A stretch of DNA of 64,000 nt from the NCBI GenBank assembly GCA_030390025.1, contig CM059431.1, positions 126,668,001 to 126,732,000 of the forward strand. The letters run 5' to 3'. This stretch comes from Squalus acanthias. Its lineage: Eukaryota. Under the pieces are notes generated by a model, which did not search any database, had not been told where the DNA came from, and saw only the letters and a list, made by a program, of their open reading frames with translations. Positions 25,746-37,719 of the stretch are shown here, one piece after another. Positions within the stretch are counted from its first letter, which is position 1; each line of letters opens with the position of its first letter. A program made the translations under genes and the position numbers.

Positions 25746-27168
25746 GGGGATTCGGTCATGGTAATGCCTTTGAATGTCAAGGGGCAGTGGTTAGACTCTC
25801 TCCTGTTGGAGACAGTCATTGACTGGCACTTGTGTGGCGCAAATGATACCTGCCACTTATCAGCCCAAGCCTGAATATCGTCCAGATCTTGCTGCATGCG
25901 GGCATGGGCTGCTTCATTGTCTGAGGAGTTGCAAATGGAAGTTAACACTGTGCAATCATCAGCGATCATCCCCACTTCTGATCCTATGATGGAGGGAAGG
26001 TCATTGATGAAGCAGCTGAAGATGGTTGGGCCTAGAACACTGCCTTGAGGAACTTCTGCAGCGATGTCCTGGGGCTGAGATGACTGGCTTCCAACAACCA
26101 CAACCATCTTCCTTTGTGCTAGGTATGACTCCAGCCAGTGGAGAGTTTTCCCCGTTATTCTCATTGACTTCAATTTTACTAGGGCTCTTTGATGTCACAT
26201 TCGGTCAAATGCTGCCTTGATGTCAAGGGCAGTCACTCTCACCTCACCTCTGGAATTCAGCTCTTTCGTCCATGTTTGGACCAAGGCTGTAATGAGGTCT
26301 GGAGCCAAGTGGTCCTGGCGGAACACAAACAGAGCATCAGTGAGCAGGTTATTGGTGAGTAAGTGCTGCTTGATAGCACTGTCAACAAAACCTTCCATCA
26401 CTTTGTTGATGATTGAGAATAGACTGATGGGGCGGTAATTGGTCGGTTTGGATCTGTCCTGCTTTTTGTGGACAGGACACACCTGGGTAGTTTTCCACAT
26501 TGTCGGGTAGATGCCAGTGTTGTATCTGTACTGGAACATCTGGCTAGAGGCATGGCGCATTCTGGAGCACAAGTCTTCAGTGCAACAGCCGGGATGTTGT
26601 TGGGGCCCATAGCCTTTTCGTATCCAGTATCCTCAGCCGTTTCTTGATATCACGTGGAGTGAATCGAATTGGCTGAAGACTGGCTTCTGTGATGGTGGGG
26701 ACCTCAGGAGGAGGTCGATATGGATCATCCACTCAGCACTTCTGGCTAAAGGTGTTTGCAAACACTTCAGCCTTGTCTTTTGCACTCGTGCTGGGCTTCA
26801 CCATCATTGAGGATGGGGATGTTCATGGAGCCTCCTCCTCCTGTTAGTTGTTTAATTGTCCACCACCATTCATGACTGGATGTGGCAGAATGGCAGAGCT
26901 TTGACCTGATCCGTTGCCTGTGGGATCGCTTGGCTCTTTCTACAGCATGTATATCGTCCTGTGTTGCAGCTTCACCAGGTTGGCACTTCATTTCTCAGTA
27001 TGCTTGGTGCTGCTCCTGGCATGCTCTTCTACACTCCTCATTGAAGCAGGGTTAGTCCCCTGGCTTGATGGTAATGGTAGAGTCGAGGGATATGCCGACC
27101 ATGAGGTTACACATTGTGGTGGAATACAATTCTGCTGATTCTCATATGCCATTGCAGTCAATCACCAT

Positions 27169-27984
27169 GGGCGCGATCTTGCCAGCCCTGGGGAGGCAGG
27201 TATGGAGGTGGGACTGCCGGGAAAATGGCAGAATTTGGGGTTGGGTGCCCAACCCGCCATCTTGCCAGGAGGCGGGTAGCTGTCCCGCGCCGGGTCCCAT
27301 CTCCTTGGAGGCGGGAAGGGATTACAGCCACTTAACTGCATGTTAACAGGTAGTTAGCAGGCAGAAAATAGGCTTATCACCATTTTGCCCACACAAATGC
27401 GGGCTTCCCGAAGGCTCCGAACCCCGCCAGGGTCACCGAGACGAGTAGTGGGTCTGCGGGGGTCAGAGGGGTCCAAAAGTTTGCTGTGGAGGTAAGTGAT
27501 GGGTGCAAGTGTGGAGAGGTGAGTTTTTGAGGTAAGTGGAATGTGTTAGAAAAAGTGTACTTACCTTTGGTTCTTCCTGCAGGCTTCAGTCGGTGGGTAT
27601 GCGAAGAGTCTCGCACCTCCGCGGTAGAGATGACAGATGGCCGTTGCATTCACCAATGCAACAACCATCTCATTTCTGCAAAAGAAAGAGGTTTGATGAC
27701 AAGACCTCATCAAACTACAGAGAATGTCAGTGTTTGACAGCTTCACAGAGCTGTCAAACGATGACAATTCATCTGTCAAAAATTTTTGACAGATGAAACG
27801 TCATACGTTGACATTCTCTGCAACCGACTTTCCCTTAATTGGCCTGCTAAGCCCGCTGCGCGTGCTTAACAAGGTCAATTAAGGGAAAATAGCGTGGGTT
27901 GGCCAGAAGTTGATGGAGGCGGGACTAAAACCCGACAAGTGGGAGTCCCGCCTCTAAAAGCTCCCCATTGGCAAAATCACCCCC
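27169..27984. mobile_element. Harbinger-like MITE (inverted relative of 3451-4277)
   Basis: TIRs GGGCGCGATCTTGCC / GGCAAAATCACCCCC. Confidence 0.7.
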
Positions 27985-29037
27985 TAGGTGTCAATGAGAG
28001 GAATGAAACTCTATTATGTCACCAGCATCCTCTAGTGTGCCCGTCTCTCCATCACCCACTTCCAGGTCCTCGCCACCTCCAACAATTTTGTGTGCAGCCT
28101 CCTCAGCACTTGTCAACGTTGTTAAGATTGGTGTACCTCCTCCAGTCAGTGTTCTCTCCCTCTTATTGTGGGCTATCTTTTCCTGCAAGGAGGGACACAA
28201 GCGGAGTTTCAATCACAGTGATGGAGTGAGCGTGACAAATCCCTACCATAGAACCTTTGAGGGAGATGAAGAAGGGGTGAGGTGCCAAGAGGAAGCTAGC
28301 TCCCTGTGCGTTGTTAGTTGTTGTCACTGCATAACAGTGAGAGTGAGTCTAAGGGGTGCATAGGCAGGATGCTGAAGTGATTCAGCACAGAGACAGGGAT
28401 GGATAGGTAAGGGTGCAAGGGAAGTAAGGGTAAGGTGGTATGTGGAGGAGCAGGCTTACAATGCAATGTGCTGGTGATGAGAAGAGAAGGAAGCAGATTG
28501 AAGGTAAGTGTGATGTGATACTCACTTTTGATGTTCGCACAAGTTCATTAAACCATTTTCGGCACTGGATCCAGGAGCGTGAACAAATGGACCTTGTGCT
28601 GACCTCCTCAGCAATGCGCAGCCAGGCTGCCATGGTCTGCTGAGGAGGCTTCCTCCGGCCATCCAGAAGGAAGAAAATCTCCCTGCGCCCTCTTACAGCT
28701 TCAACAAGAGCTTGGAGGGACTCATCATTAAATCGAGCAGCTGCCTTGCCTCTGGAAGAAGTAATTGTGGATGGAGCAATCTCACTGAGTATCAGAATCC
28801 ACAAGAGAAAAGCTTAGGCTGAATGGGAGCTTTAAAACCAGCTGCTATGATGACGTCATCAGAGTTGGCCAGCCGACCTGATCGCACTCATTGGACCGGC
28901 CAGCGCGCCCCAATGAAATCAACAAGCTGATTAAATCAAAATCGGACATCAGCAGCTGATCCCGCCGGAAGCGGCTCCAGAACCCGCCCACCACGCAACC
29001 CGACTCCAAACCGCCTCGGCAATTAAAATCGAGCCCC
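27985..29037 (-). mobile_element. Harbinger-derived element fragment with a spliced Myb/SANT-like DNA-binding gene
   Basis: Exon ~28770-28526 RFNDESLQALV...AAWLRIAEEV...RSWIQCRKWFNEL, donor GTGAGT; acceptor TTGCAG, then exon 28182-~28024 EKIAHNKRERTLTGGG; TIR GGGGCTCGATTTT at 29037. Confidence 0.8.
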
Positions 29038-30744
29038 AAGTCTCCGGATCATTAGTCCAGGCCTCTGGATTACTAGTTCAGTAACATAACCACTATGCCA
29101 CCTTTCCCGAGTGCTTGGCATGGATGTACATGTGGAAAAGGCAACATTTTGCGCGAACAATTTTTGGGTCATCCATGAGATACAGGTGTCTTTGCCAGAA
29201 TCCTTTAACTGTGCCATCTTCGTCTCCAACTGGTCTCTGGTCCTGCAGGTCGTGTGCCCAGCATTGGGCCTGTTTACCACTTGCAGCCAGGAATGGTGCC
29301 TTGGTGTTTTCTGGAGTGTGTACCCGAAAGCGCCAAATTGGGCAGCTCTCTTCACACCCATCTCATGGAGCTACATCTCCATCAAGCCATTCCCGAAACA
29401 ACGGAGCAGCTGTTGCACCATTCATTCATGCCCACAAAATCCGTGTTTGGCCTCCACATTGGTTTTCTTTTCACTTCATTTCTTTCATTCCCAGTCTTCG
29501 CCAAGGCTCAATATCTGAAATTGGTTTTGAAGCTCGATAAAACTGAAATAAATATTTATCCCCATATACGGGCACTTATCTTTAAGTGCATCCCCTTAAT
29601 TTGGACTTGACAGCCAGAACATCCCATTGGGCTGGTTCCCTGCACAGTGGCAAAGTGCATTGACAACTATGTATAATTATTCAGGGCAGTCAGTGCACTG
29701 CTGCATTAAGACAGCTTGTGCCAGAAAACCCTCAATTTTGCAGGTAGTAGAATTTCAAGCACTAATATGGTTTACTATGGATCTGTTTGCATTGCCATTG
29801 TATTTTACTTATATATTATTTATGTATCCGTGGCATTTATTTTTATCGAAAAGATTTTATGATACATAAAGATGTTTTCCAATGTCTGTGGTGAGCTATA
29901 ACTCGTTGGCATTCATGTTACTTATGTGTTCATTTTTGTATTTCTACCTGTGTAATTATGAAATTATGCTATGCAGAGATGTAAGCAGCTGGGACTCATA
30001 AAATGCAGTGATGCAGAAATTTCACTGTTCTATAAAAAGCATAATTGTCATAGTAACAATGTCAATTATCTGCATACATCGTAACTCACACCTACAAAAT
30101 TATGCCAGAGTAAGCACTATAACAGTGTCAAGAAAGCAAGTTATGGTTAACAGTAGTTACCATCACTTGCTGAACCAGTGTTATTGCAACATTTATTAGT
30201 CTATAGAAATCTATGACTTGCCTAATGATATCTAATACAATTTCTACAGTCTCCCTGTGCTCTTAGCAACCACTAAGGTCAAATTCATGGCACATCTGTC
30301 CTTTCAATAGTTGTCTGCAACATAATTCTGTTGTCATAGATCTAATTTACAGGGGAAAAAAACAGTTTGCAATTTTTTTTAGGCCTAAACAGGTCACAAA
30401 GCACTGGTGTGAAGCACAGCAGTTTCAATGTGAGGGGCCAGAATGTCTAATTGTGGTCATGTTGTATTAAAAAATGACAAGTTGCACAGGCTACAGTAGG
30501 AAGGAAACTTGTTGAGACTGGATGCCTGAAAGTCCATTGCCTCCAGCTAGTTACAGAGACAATGATACATCTGCAGTGGATGACATGACTAAGTCGCTGG
30601 GTAAAGAGGAACATAGGGACAGGCATAGACCATTCAGCCCATCGAGCCTGCTTCAAAATTCAATTAGATCACAACTGATCTGTACATTAACTCCATTTAC
30701 CCACATTTGCGCCATACCCTTACCTAACATAAATCTATCGATCT

Positions 30745-32990
30745 CAACAACAACAACAAAAATAACTTGGATTTATATAGCGCCTTTAACTTAGTAAAAC
30801 ATCCCAAGGCGCTTCACAGGAGTATAATAAGACAAAAAAATTGACACTGAGCCACATAAGGAGAAATGAGGGCAGGTGACCAAAAGCTTGGCCAAAGAGA
30901 TAGGTTTTAAGGAGCGTCTTAAAGGAGGAAAGAGAGGTAGCGAGGCAGAGAGGTTTAGGGAGGGAATTCCAGAGCACAGGGCCTAGGCAACAGAAGGCAC
31001 GGCCACAATGGTTGAGCATTTATAATCAGGGATGCTCAAGAGGGCAGAATTAGAGGAGCGCAGATATCTCGGGGGGTTGTAGGGCTGGAGGAGATTACAG
31101 AGATAGGAAGGGGCGACGCCATGGAGGGATTTGAAAAAAAGGATGAGAATTTTGAAATTGAGGCTTTGCTTAACTGGGAGCCAATGTAACTCAGCGAGCA
31201 CAGGGGTGATGGGTGAACGGAACTTGGTGCGAGTTAGGACACGGGCAGCCAAGTTTTGGATGACCTCAAGTTTACGTAGGGTAGAATGTGGGAGGCCAGC
31301 CAGGAGTGCGTTGGAATAGTCAAGTCTAGAGGTAACAAAGGCATGGATGAGGGTTTCAGCAGCAGATGAGCTGAGGCAAGGGCGGAGACGGGCAATGTTA
31401 CGGAGGTGGAAATAGGCGGTCTTAGTTATGCTGCGGATATATGGTCGGAAACTCATTTCAGGGTCAAATATGACATCAAGGTTGTGAACAGTGCGGTTCA
31501 GCCTCAGACAGATGTTAGAGAGAGCAACGGAGTCAGTGGCTAGGGAACAGAGTTTGTGGCGGGGACCAAAAACAATGGCTTCGGGCGTCCCAATATTTAA
31601 CTGGAGAAAATTTCTGTTCATCCAGAACTGTGTGTCTGACAAGCAGTCTGACAAGTTAGAGACTGTGGAGGGGTAGAGAGACATGGTAGTGAGGTAGAGC
31701 TGGGTGTCGTCAGCGTACACGTGGAAACTGACGCTGTGTTTTTGGTTGATGTCACCAAGGGGCAGCATGTAGATGAGAAACAGGAGTGGGCCAAGGATAG
31801 ATCCTTGGGGGACACCAGAGGTAACGATGTGGGAGCCGGAAGAGAAGCCATTGCAGGTAATTCTCTGGCTACAATTAGATAGATAAGAATGGAACCAGGC
31901 GAGTGCAGTCCCACCAGCTAGATGACGGTGGAGAGGCGTTGGAGAACAATGGAGTGGTCAACCGTGTCACAGGCTGCAGACAAGTCAAGAAGGACGAAGA
32001 GGGATAGTTTACCTTTGTCACAGTCACAAAGGATGTCATTGTGACTTTGATGAGAGCTGTTTCGGTACTGTGGCAGGAGCAGAAGCCTGATTGGAGGGAT
32101 TCAAACATGGAGTTGCGCGAAAGATGAGCACAGATTTGGGAGTCGACAACATGTTCAAGGACTTTGGAGAGGAAAGGGAGGTTGGAGATGGGGTGGTAGT
32201 TTGCAAGGATGGAGGGGTCAAGGGTTTTTTTGGAGGTGAGGGGTGATGAAGGTAGATTTGAGGGAGAGGGGGTCAGTACCTGAGGAGAGAGAAACGTTAA
32301 CAAGTTCATCTCACATGGGAGATCTGTGTGGAGTTTGCACATTCTCCCCGTGTCTGCGTGGGTTTCCTCCGGGTGCTCCGGTTTCCTCCCACAGTCCAAA
32401 GATGTGCGGGTTAGGTTGATTTGGCTATGATAAATTGACCCTTAGTGTTAGGGGGGGATTAAATACGTGGGGTTACAGGGATAGGGTGGGATATGTGTCG
32501 GTGCAGGCTCGATGGGCCGAAATGGCCTCTATCTGCACTGTGGGGATTCTGTGATTCTGTGTGATTCTGGGAGCCAGAAAAGTAAGTTGGGTGGTCAGCA
32601 GTTTGGTGGGAATAGGGTCGAGGGAGCAGGAAGTGGGTCTCATGGACAAGATGAGTACAGAGAGGTCATGAGGGGAGGTCGGAGAGAAACTGGAGAAAGA
32701 TGTGAGTTCAGGGCTAGGGCAGGCAGGCACCTTATAGGAAGCTTGGCCTGGTGGGCTAGGGCAAGGAATGGAAGTGGCAGAGGCAGCTGAACGGATGGTC
32801 TCAATCTTAGAGACAAAAAAGTCCATGAGCTCCTCACACTTGTTGTCGGATGTGAGGGTGGAGGAGACAGGGGAGTAGGGTTTAAGGAGACGGTTAACAG
32901 TAGAGAATAAATGCTGGGGTTTATCTTTGCATTTCAAAATGATTCTGGAATAGTGAGCAATTTTGGCCGACGAGAGCAGGACCTGATAAT
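30745..32990 (-). mobile_element. L2 LINE (RT 3' half), decayed
   Basis: YADDTQLY, LIHAFVTSRLDYSN, LHWLPV, CSLDPIPT; GGCGCTATATAAAT and (TTG)n tail. Confidence 0.9.
32320..32567 (+). mobile_element. HE1-like V-SINE (5'-truncated) inserted in the L2
   Basis: V-domain TGTGTGGAGTTTGCACATTCTCCCCGTGTCTGCGTGGGTTTCCTCCGGGTGCTCCGGTTTCCTCCCACAGTCCAAAGATGTG; CR1-type tail. Confidence 0.85.
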
Positions 32991-32999
32991 TATATCAGT

Positions 33000-33462
33000 C
33001 TTGAAAGCTTCAATTGATCGAGCATCCACAGCCTTTTGGGGGTAAGAGTTCCAGATTTCCACTGCCCTCTATGTGAAGAAGTGATTCCTGATTTCACTCC
33101 TGAATACCCTAGATCTAATTTTAAGATTCCCCCACCAGAGGAAATAGTTTCTCTTTATCTACCCTAGTGAAACCTTTTATCATTTTAAACACCATAATTA
33201 GATCCCCCCTCAATCTTCTGTACTCAAGGGAATACAAGCTAAGTTTATGCAACCTGTCCTCATAATTTAACCCTTTAAGCCCTGGTATCATTCTGGTGCA
33301 TTTGCGCTACACCCTCTCCAAGGCCAATATACCCTTCCTGAGATGTGGTGTCCAGAACAAAGCAGTACTCGAGATGGGGTCTGTCCAAGGCTCTATAGAG
33401 CAGAAGCATAATTGCCTCTCATTTGTATTCCATCCCCCTTGGGATAAAGGCTAACATTCCAT
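33000..33462 (-). mobile_element. Old CR1 3' fragment
   Basis: Degenerate RT C-terminal homology (RPHLEY region). Confidence 0.7.
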
Positions 33463-33496
33463 TGAAAAGAGAGCTAATATTTTTAATGGGGCGGTC

Positions 33497-34120
33497 CCTA
33501 GGTGAACCGCGTGCACGCTAGATGCTGCGCGCACGCAGCACACTTAGATTTTTTTTCAGGTTTCTACGCGAGGGTAAGTATTAAAGATTCTACGCTAATA
33601 AAAAGGAGGTGTAAGACCCCTTTTGAACAAGGTAAGTGGTTAATTAAGTATAATTAAAAAAATTTTCAACAGGTTTATCTTTTTTAGATACTTTAAAGAA
33701 AGGTAAGTTTATTTTTATAACTTTTAAAAAGTATTTTAATTTTTTCTAAAATTTAAATTTTTGTTTAAAGTGGTTAATTTATTTAACTATAGTTATTTTA
33801 TAAATGTGATGTTTTTTTTTAATTTATTTTAAGTTTGGCTGTTCTTTTGGGGCCGATTTCAATTCACAGATTTGACAGATCTCCTGTCAAATCTATGAAT
33901 GAAAGATGGTCTGCTGCCATTGGCTCTCCATGGCCCACGTGATCCCAGGGGTCGCATCGCACTAACTGCGCCCTGGAACACGCAAGCACTGCGCGCCAGC
34001 TCTTGGGAGAGGCCCAGGACCCGAAGTTCCTGTGGGCCCAAAACACAACGGCAGGCGCGGTGGGTAAGAGCGCGCGCGATCCTTACCCCCGCGGCAAGCC
34101 GGCCACGCGAATTTCTAGGC
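33497..34120 (-). mobile_element. Harbinger-type MITE, truncated inverted copy of 34333-35096
   Basis: Reverse-complement similarity to 34340-34960; terminus AATTTCTAGGCC. Confidence 0.8.
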
Positions 34121-34332
34121 CATCGTATCTTTCAGCCTTTCCACAGATCGTTTGGGTAACAAACATACCTGTTAAAACCCACTGGCTGACACAATAAATG
34201 TAGAGGCAGGAAACCAAGTCTGTGGCCAAGAGATGGAGAAGTGAAATAATCAAACACCCACATGGAGATGAAATCGGATGATTAAATTAGTAACAAGATA
34301 ACTGCATTTAAAATTAAATTAAAAGATATATT

Positions 34333-35096
34333 GGCCCAGAAATTAGGCTCCCTGGCTTCCCGCGGGTGCAATGATCACACGCGCACCTACCTACTGCGCC
34401 TGCCGTTGACCTCTAGGCCCACGGGGACTTCAGCTCCTGGGCCTCCTGCAGCAGCCGGCGCGCAGTGCTTGTGTATCCCAGGGGTGTAGTTAGTGCGATG
34501 TGTCCCCTGGGATCATGTGGGCCATGGAGAGCCAATGGCAGCAGACCATCTTTCATTCATAGATTTGACAGACCTGTCAAATCTATGAATTGAAATCGGC
34601 CCCAAAACAACACCTAAACTTCAAATATTTTTTTTTTAAAAACCATCACATTTTTAAAATAACTATAAGTTAAATAAATTAACTACTTTAAACAAAAATT
34701 TTAATTTTTGTCAAAATTAAAATACTTTTTAACAGTGCTAAAAATAAACTTACCTTTCTTTAAAGTATCTAAAAAAGATAAACCTGTTGAAAAAGTTTTT
34801 AAATTGTAATTAATTAACCACTTACCTTGTAAAAAAACGGGTCTTGCACCTCCTTTTTAAAAGCGCAGCTTCTTCCATACTTACCTTCCCGGAGAAACCT
34901 GAAAAAAACCCTAAGTTCGCTGCATGCGCGCAGCCTCTCCCACGCACGCGGTTCATCTCTGAACCACTCCCTTCACGAAACCGGAAGTTCCGTTTTCCCG
35001 CGCATGCACAGTACATGCAGGAAACCGGCACTTCAGGAGGCCTTACGGGTGAGTACACAGCGCGTACTCACCCAGCAAGTGCCTAATTTCTGGCCC
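34333..35096 (+). mobile_element. Harbinger-type MITE inserted in CR1
   Basis: TIRs GGCCCAGAAATTAGGC / GCCTAATTTCTGGCCC; flanks ATT/AAT; subterminal sequence shared with the end of the element at 54578-57816. Confidence 0.85.
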
Positions 35097-35445
35097 AATA
35101 AATAAACTAATGAAACTTAAAGAGGATAAAACCCCTGGTCCGGATGGATTATATCCGTGCATTTTAAAAGAATCTAGGGAAGAGATTGTAGAGGCATTAC
35201 TACACATATTTAGAAATTTGTTAGAAAAAGGTGTAGTGCCATGTGGACTGGCGGACAGCTAACATAATATCTATATTTAAGAAGGGCGATAGAACATGTC
35301 CAGGGAACTATAGATCAGTCAGCTTAACATCGGTGGTAGGAAAAATAATGGAATCCCTACTAAAGGAGAAAATAGAAGAACATCTAAAAAGCAAAAATAT
35401 AATAATGAATAGTCAGCATGGATTTCAAAAGGGAAAGCTTTGTTT

Positions 35446-36930
35446 TGTAATAAGATAAACCATATTCCAAGAAATACATCATCCTATGCACAGATTTTGA
35501 TAATATTAATACATGACATACTGGGTTTAAAAGTCTGGAAAGCCTCGGCGACACAGGCTGCAAACACAATACATGCTTCTGAGATAAGATGGATTGTTAA
35601 CACAAAGCTGTGAAAACAAGCTTTGAAATGGGAATTGGTTTGTAAATACAGAGACAAAGCCCCTTTTGAAGCAAACCATTGGTGCTTCCAGAATGTCTAG
35701 AGTTTGGAACAAAACAATAGCAATGCCCAAGTAAAGTGTCAAAATCTAACACATCGAACAGGTGCACAGAACATTAAAAAAAACAAGTGCCTTTGAAATA
35801 ATGACATCAAGTAAAAGAAATACCTGCCGTAAAATAGTTTTATGTTAAACTTAGAAACAGGAAACACAATTAAATATGCAACCAATTGAAATAGCTAAGA
35901 AATACAAAAAACACCCTGGTTGAAGTGTTTTTGATTTACAAGTTGTAAAAGGTACAAATAGGAAGACTTTGAAAATATAATATCAATAGATGACAAGAAG
36001 CAATTACATTGTGTTTGTATTGAACTTGGAACACCATGGAGTCATGACGTCTGGCTTACAAGCAGTTAAGTGATATTAAGAATTCAATAGAAAGACTTCC
36101 TAAGAATAGCATCAAATAGATAAATCGACAATAATCATAAAAATGATAAGTTTTCGAAACACCGAAAGGTAGAGACAGAATTCTAAAAGTTGACAACTGA
36201 AATGACAGTAAGAATAGAAAAGAATTCAATAAAGAATCACTAGAGATAATTAGATTACATCAGCAGGAAACATCAAAGAAAATACCACTAAAAAAAGGTA
36301 TAAAAATAGAGCTTTTCAGATAGAGAGTCAGAAGTCACTGGAAGGGCAAGCGTTTCTCAACTTCACAGGCATACTCTGTAAGTTTTCAACTCTGAGTCTC
36401 GGAAAATCAAGGTATTTGATTTTGGTGGATATTCTGGATTAAGAAATAAGTAGAAGTGTGGAAATGTAACAAATTTAAGATTTGACAATAAGGATCTCTG
36501 ATAAGAAATGTAAACTATTTGTATTTTGAACGGTTAAAGTCGCGATTGACTTATCAGCTGTGAACTGAATGTCGGCTCTTAAATAAATCTATATATTTTT
36601 AGAATTGTATCAAGTTGTATTTCTGTATCAACCTCGCAAACTCAATTTCTGTAAACTCTTCAGAGAGGAGTTGCAGAATTCTGGAGGGTTTTCCAGACCC
36701 TCATAATATCCGGAAGGTTACAGTCTAGTTAAACTTATTAAAAGTGCTATCCGGAGGACGGTAACATCTTCAGGCCGTTTCTTTCCTTTAGGGAGAGATA
36801 GTCTGAACTTTAGACCCAATTAAACGTCTTTAGGATTCGGCTACCGCTAACTTTAGTTGAAAGTGAATGTCTGGGCTTACGCCTGATCTGGGGTAGTCCG
36901 AAAGGGCTAGGACTTGTAATTATCCCTTCA
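35446..36930 (+). repeat. 5' LTR (1485 bp)
   Basis: TGTAA...CCTTCA; direct repeat of 41938-43423; TATAAAA 36299-36305, splice donor GTAAGT 36378, AATAAA 36582-36587. Confidence 0.97.
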
Positions 36931-36932
36931 GT

Positions 36933-36950
36933 TGGTGCCCAACGTGTGTG
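36933..36950 (+). promoter_or_regulatory. Primer-binding site, tRNA-Lys1,2-like
   Basis: TGGTGCCCAACGTGTGTG versus canonical TGGCGCCCAACGTGGGGC; begins 2 nt after the LTR end. Confidence 0.9.
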
Positions 36951-37193
36951 TTGACGAGTTGATACAGAACCTATACTTATATTTATATCTATATATATCC
37001 TGTAGATTGTTAAGTATAGAAGGAGTGTTTGACTGACAGTGGTACTAAGACCCAGATTTTAGTTTCTAGAGATGACAAGTCCCTGATCAGGCCTTGTAGA
37101 ACTTAAATCGGAACTCCCTCAACATACCATTAAGGTCTAGAAGCTTCTTATAAAGTTCATATTAAACCCTAACTGAGGTTAGGTCCTGACGAA

Positions 37194-37718
37194 ATGGCAA
37201 ACCCTGTCGGAATTGACCAAGTCTTTTTATTAGGAAATTCAAATGATTGTTTTATTAGGGGAAATAATCCTATCCCTGTACCTCCACAAAACCAAGTGAT
37301 AATTTTTGTAATAGAAGGCTTTGAAGCCGAAGAAGCTGTTAGAACTCAAGGCATGATTAATGTTGATCCCCAGAACCAGGGGATACAGAATATCCAGTGA
37401 GATAATCCAAAAAATACTCCAAATCCACTAAATTCCTTAATGATAAGGTGCACACCTGCACAATTGGGAGGCCTAATGAAAGGTGCTCAACAAGGTGATG
37501 ACAACCATGGGCGAATAGCAGGACCCGGAGCAGCCTATGCTCCTGGGGGCCATGGATTCCGGTTAACGTGGCAAGCTCATGATGAAATAAATGACCAGAA
37601 TCTTCGAGAAAACTATGGACAGCTTAGAATCCATATAATAAACGGTCTGACAAACCCCCTAAGGGATCTGGAAAACATAATACCCTCAAGAGGGAGGAAC
37701 AAAAATCAGTTAAAATAA
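37194..37718 (+). pseudogene. gag: gag N-terminal domain remnant (foamy-type); internal TGA, C-terminal part missing
   Basis: ORFs 37194-37400 and 37440-37718 share one frame; first gene after the PBS; distant resemblance by eye to the prototype foamy virus (PFV) Gag N-terminus (NPIPVPPQNQVIIFVIEG, NPLNSLMI, LRIHIING). Confidence 0.65.
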
Positions 37719-37719
37719 T

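Larger units (their letters stand above)
22815..27140 (-). mobile_element. CR1-clade LINE of a second family, interrupted by a CR1 (22998-24167) and a solo LTR (24613-25745)
   Basis: [45 protein letters not shown]; 3' end at 22815-22997. Confidence 0.85.

Noticed and set aside
29105..29520. Exon-like segment with three open plus-strand frames and a minus-strand TTTCAG acceptor
   Set aside because: All minus-strand frames have stops and the plus-strand peptides resemble no family I recognise; cannot support a host exon.
35527..35742. Antisense 71-aa ORF present in both LTRs (also 42019-42234)
   Set aside because: Short, non-ATG start, and its conservation is explained by LTR identity; not evident in the solo LTR.
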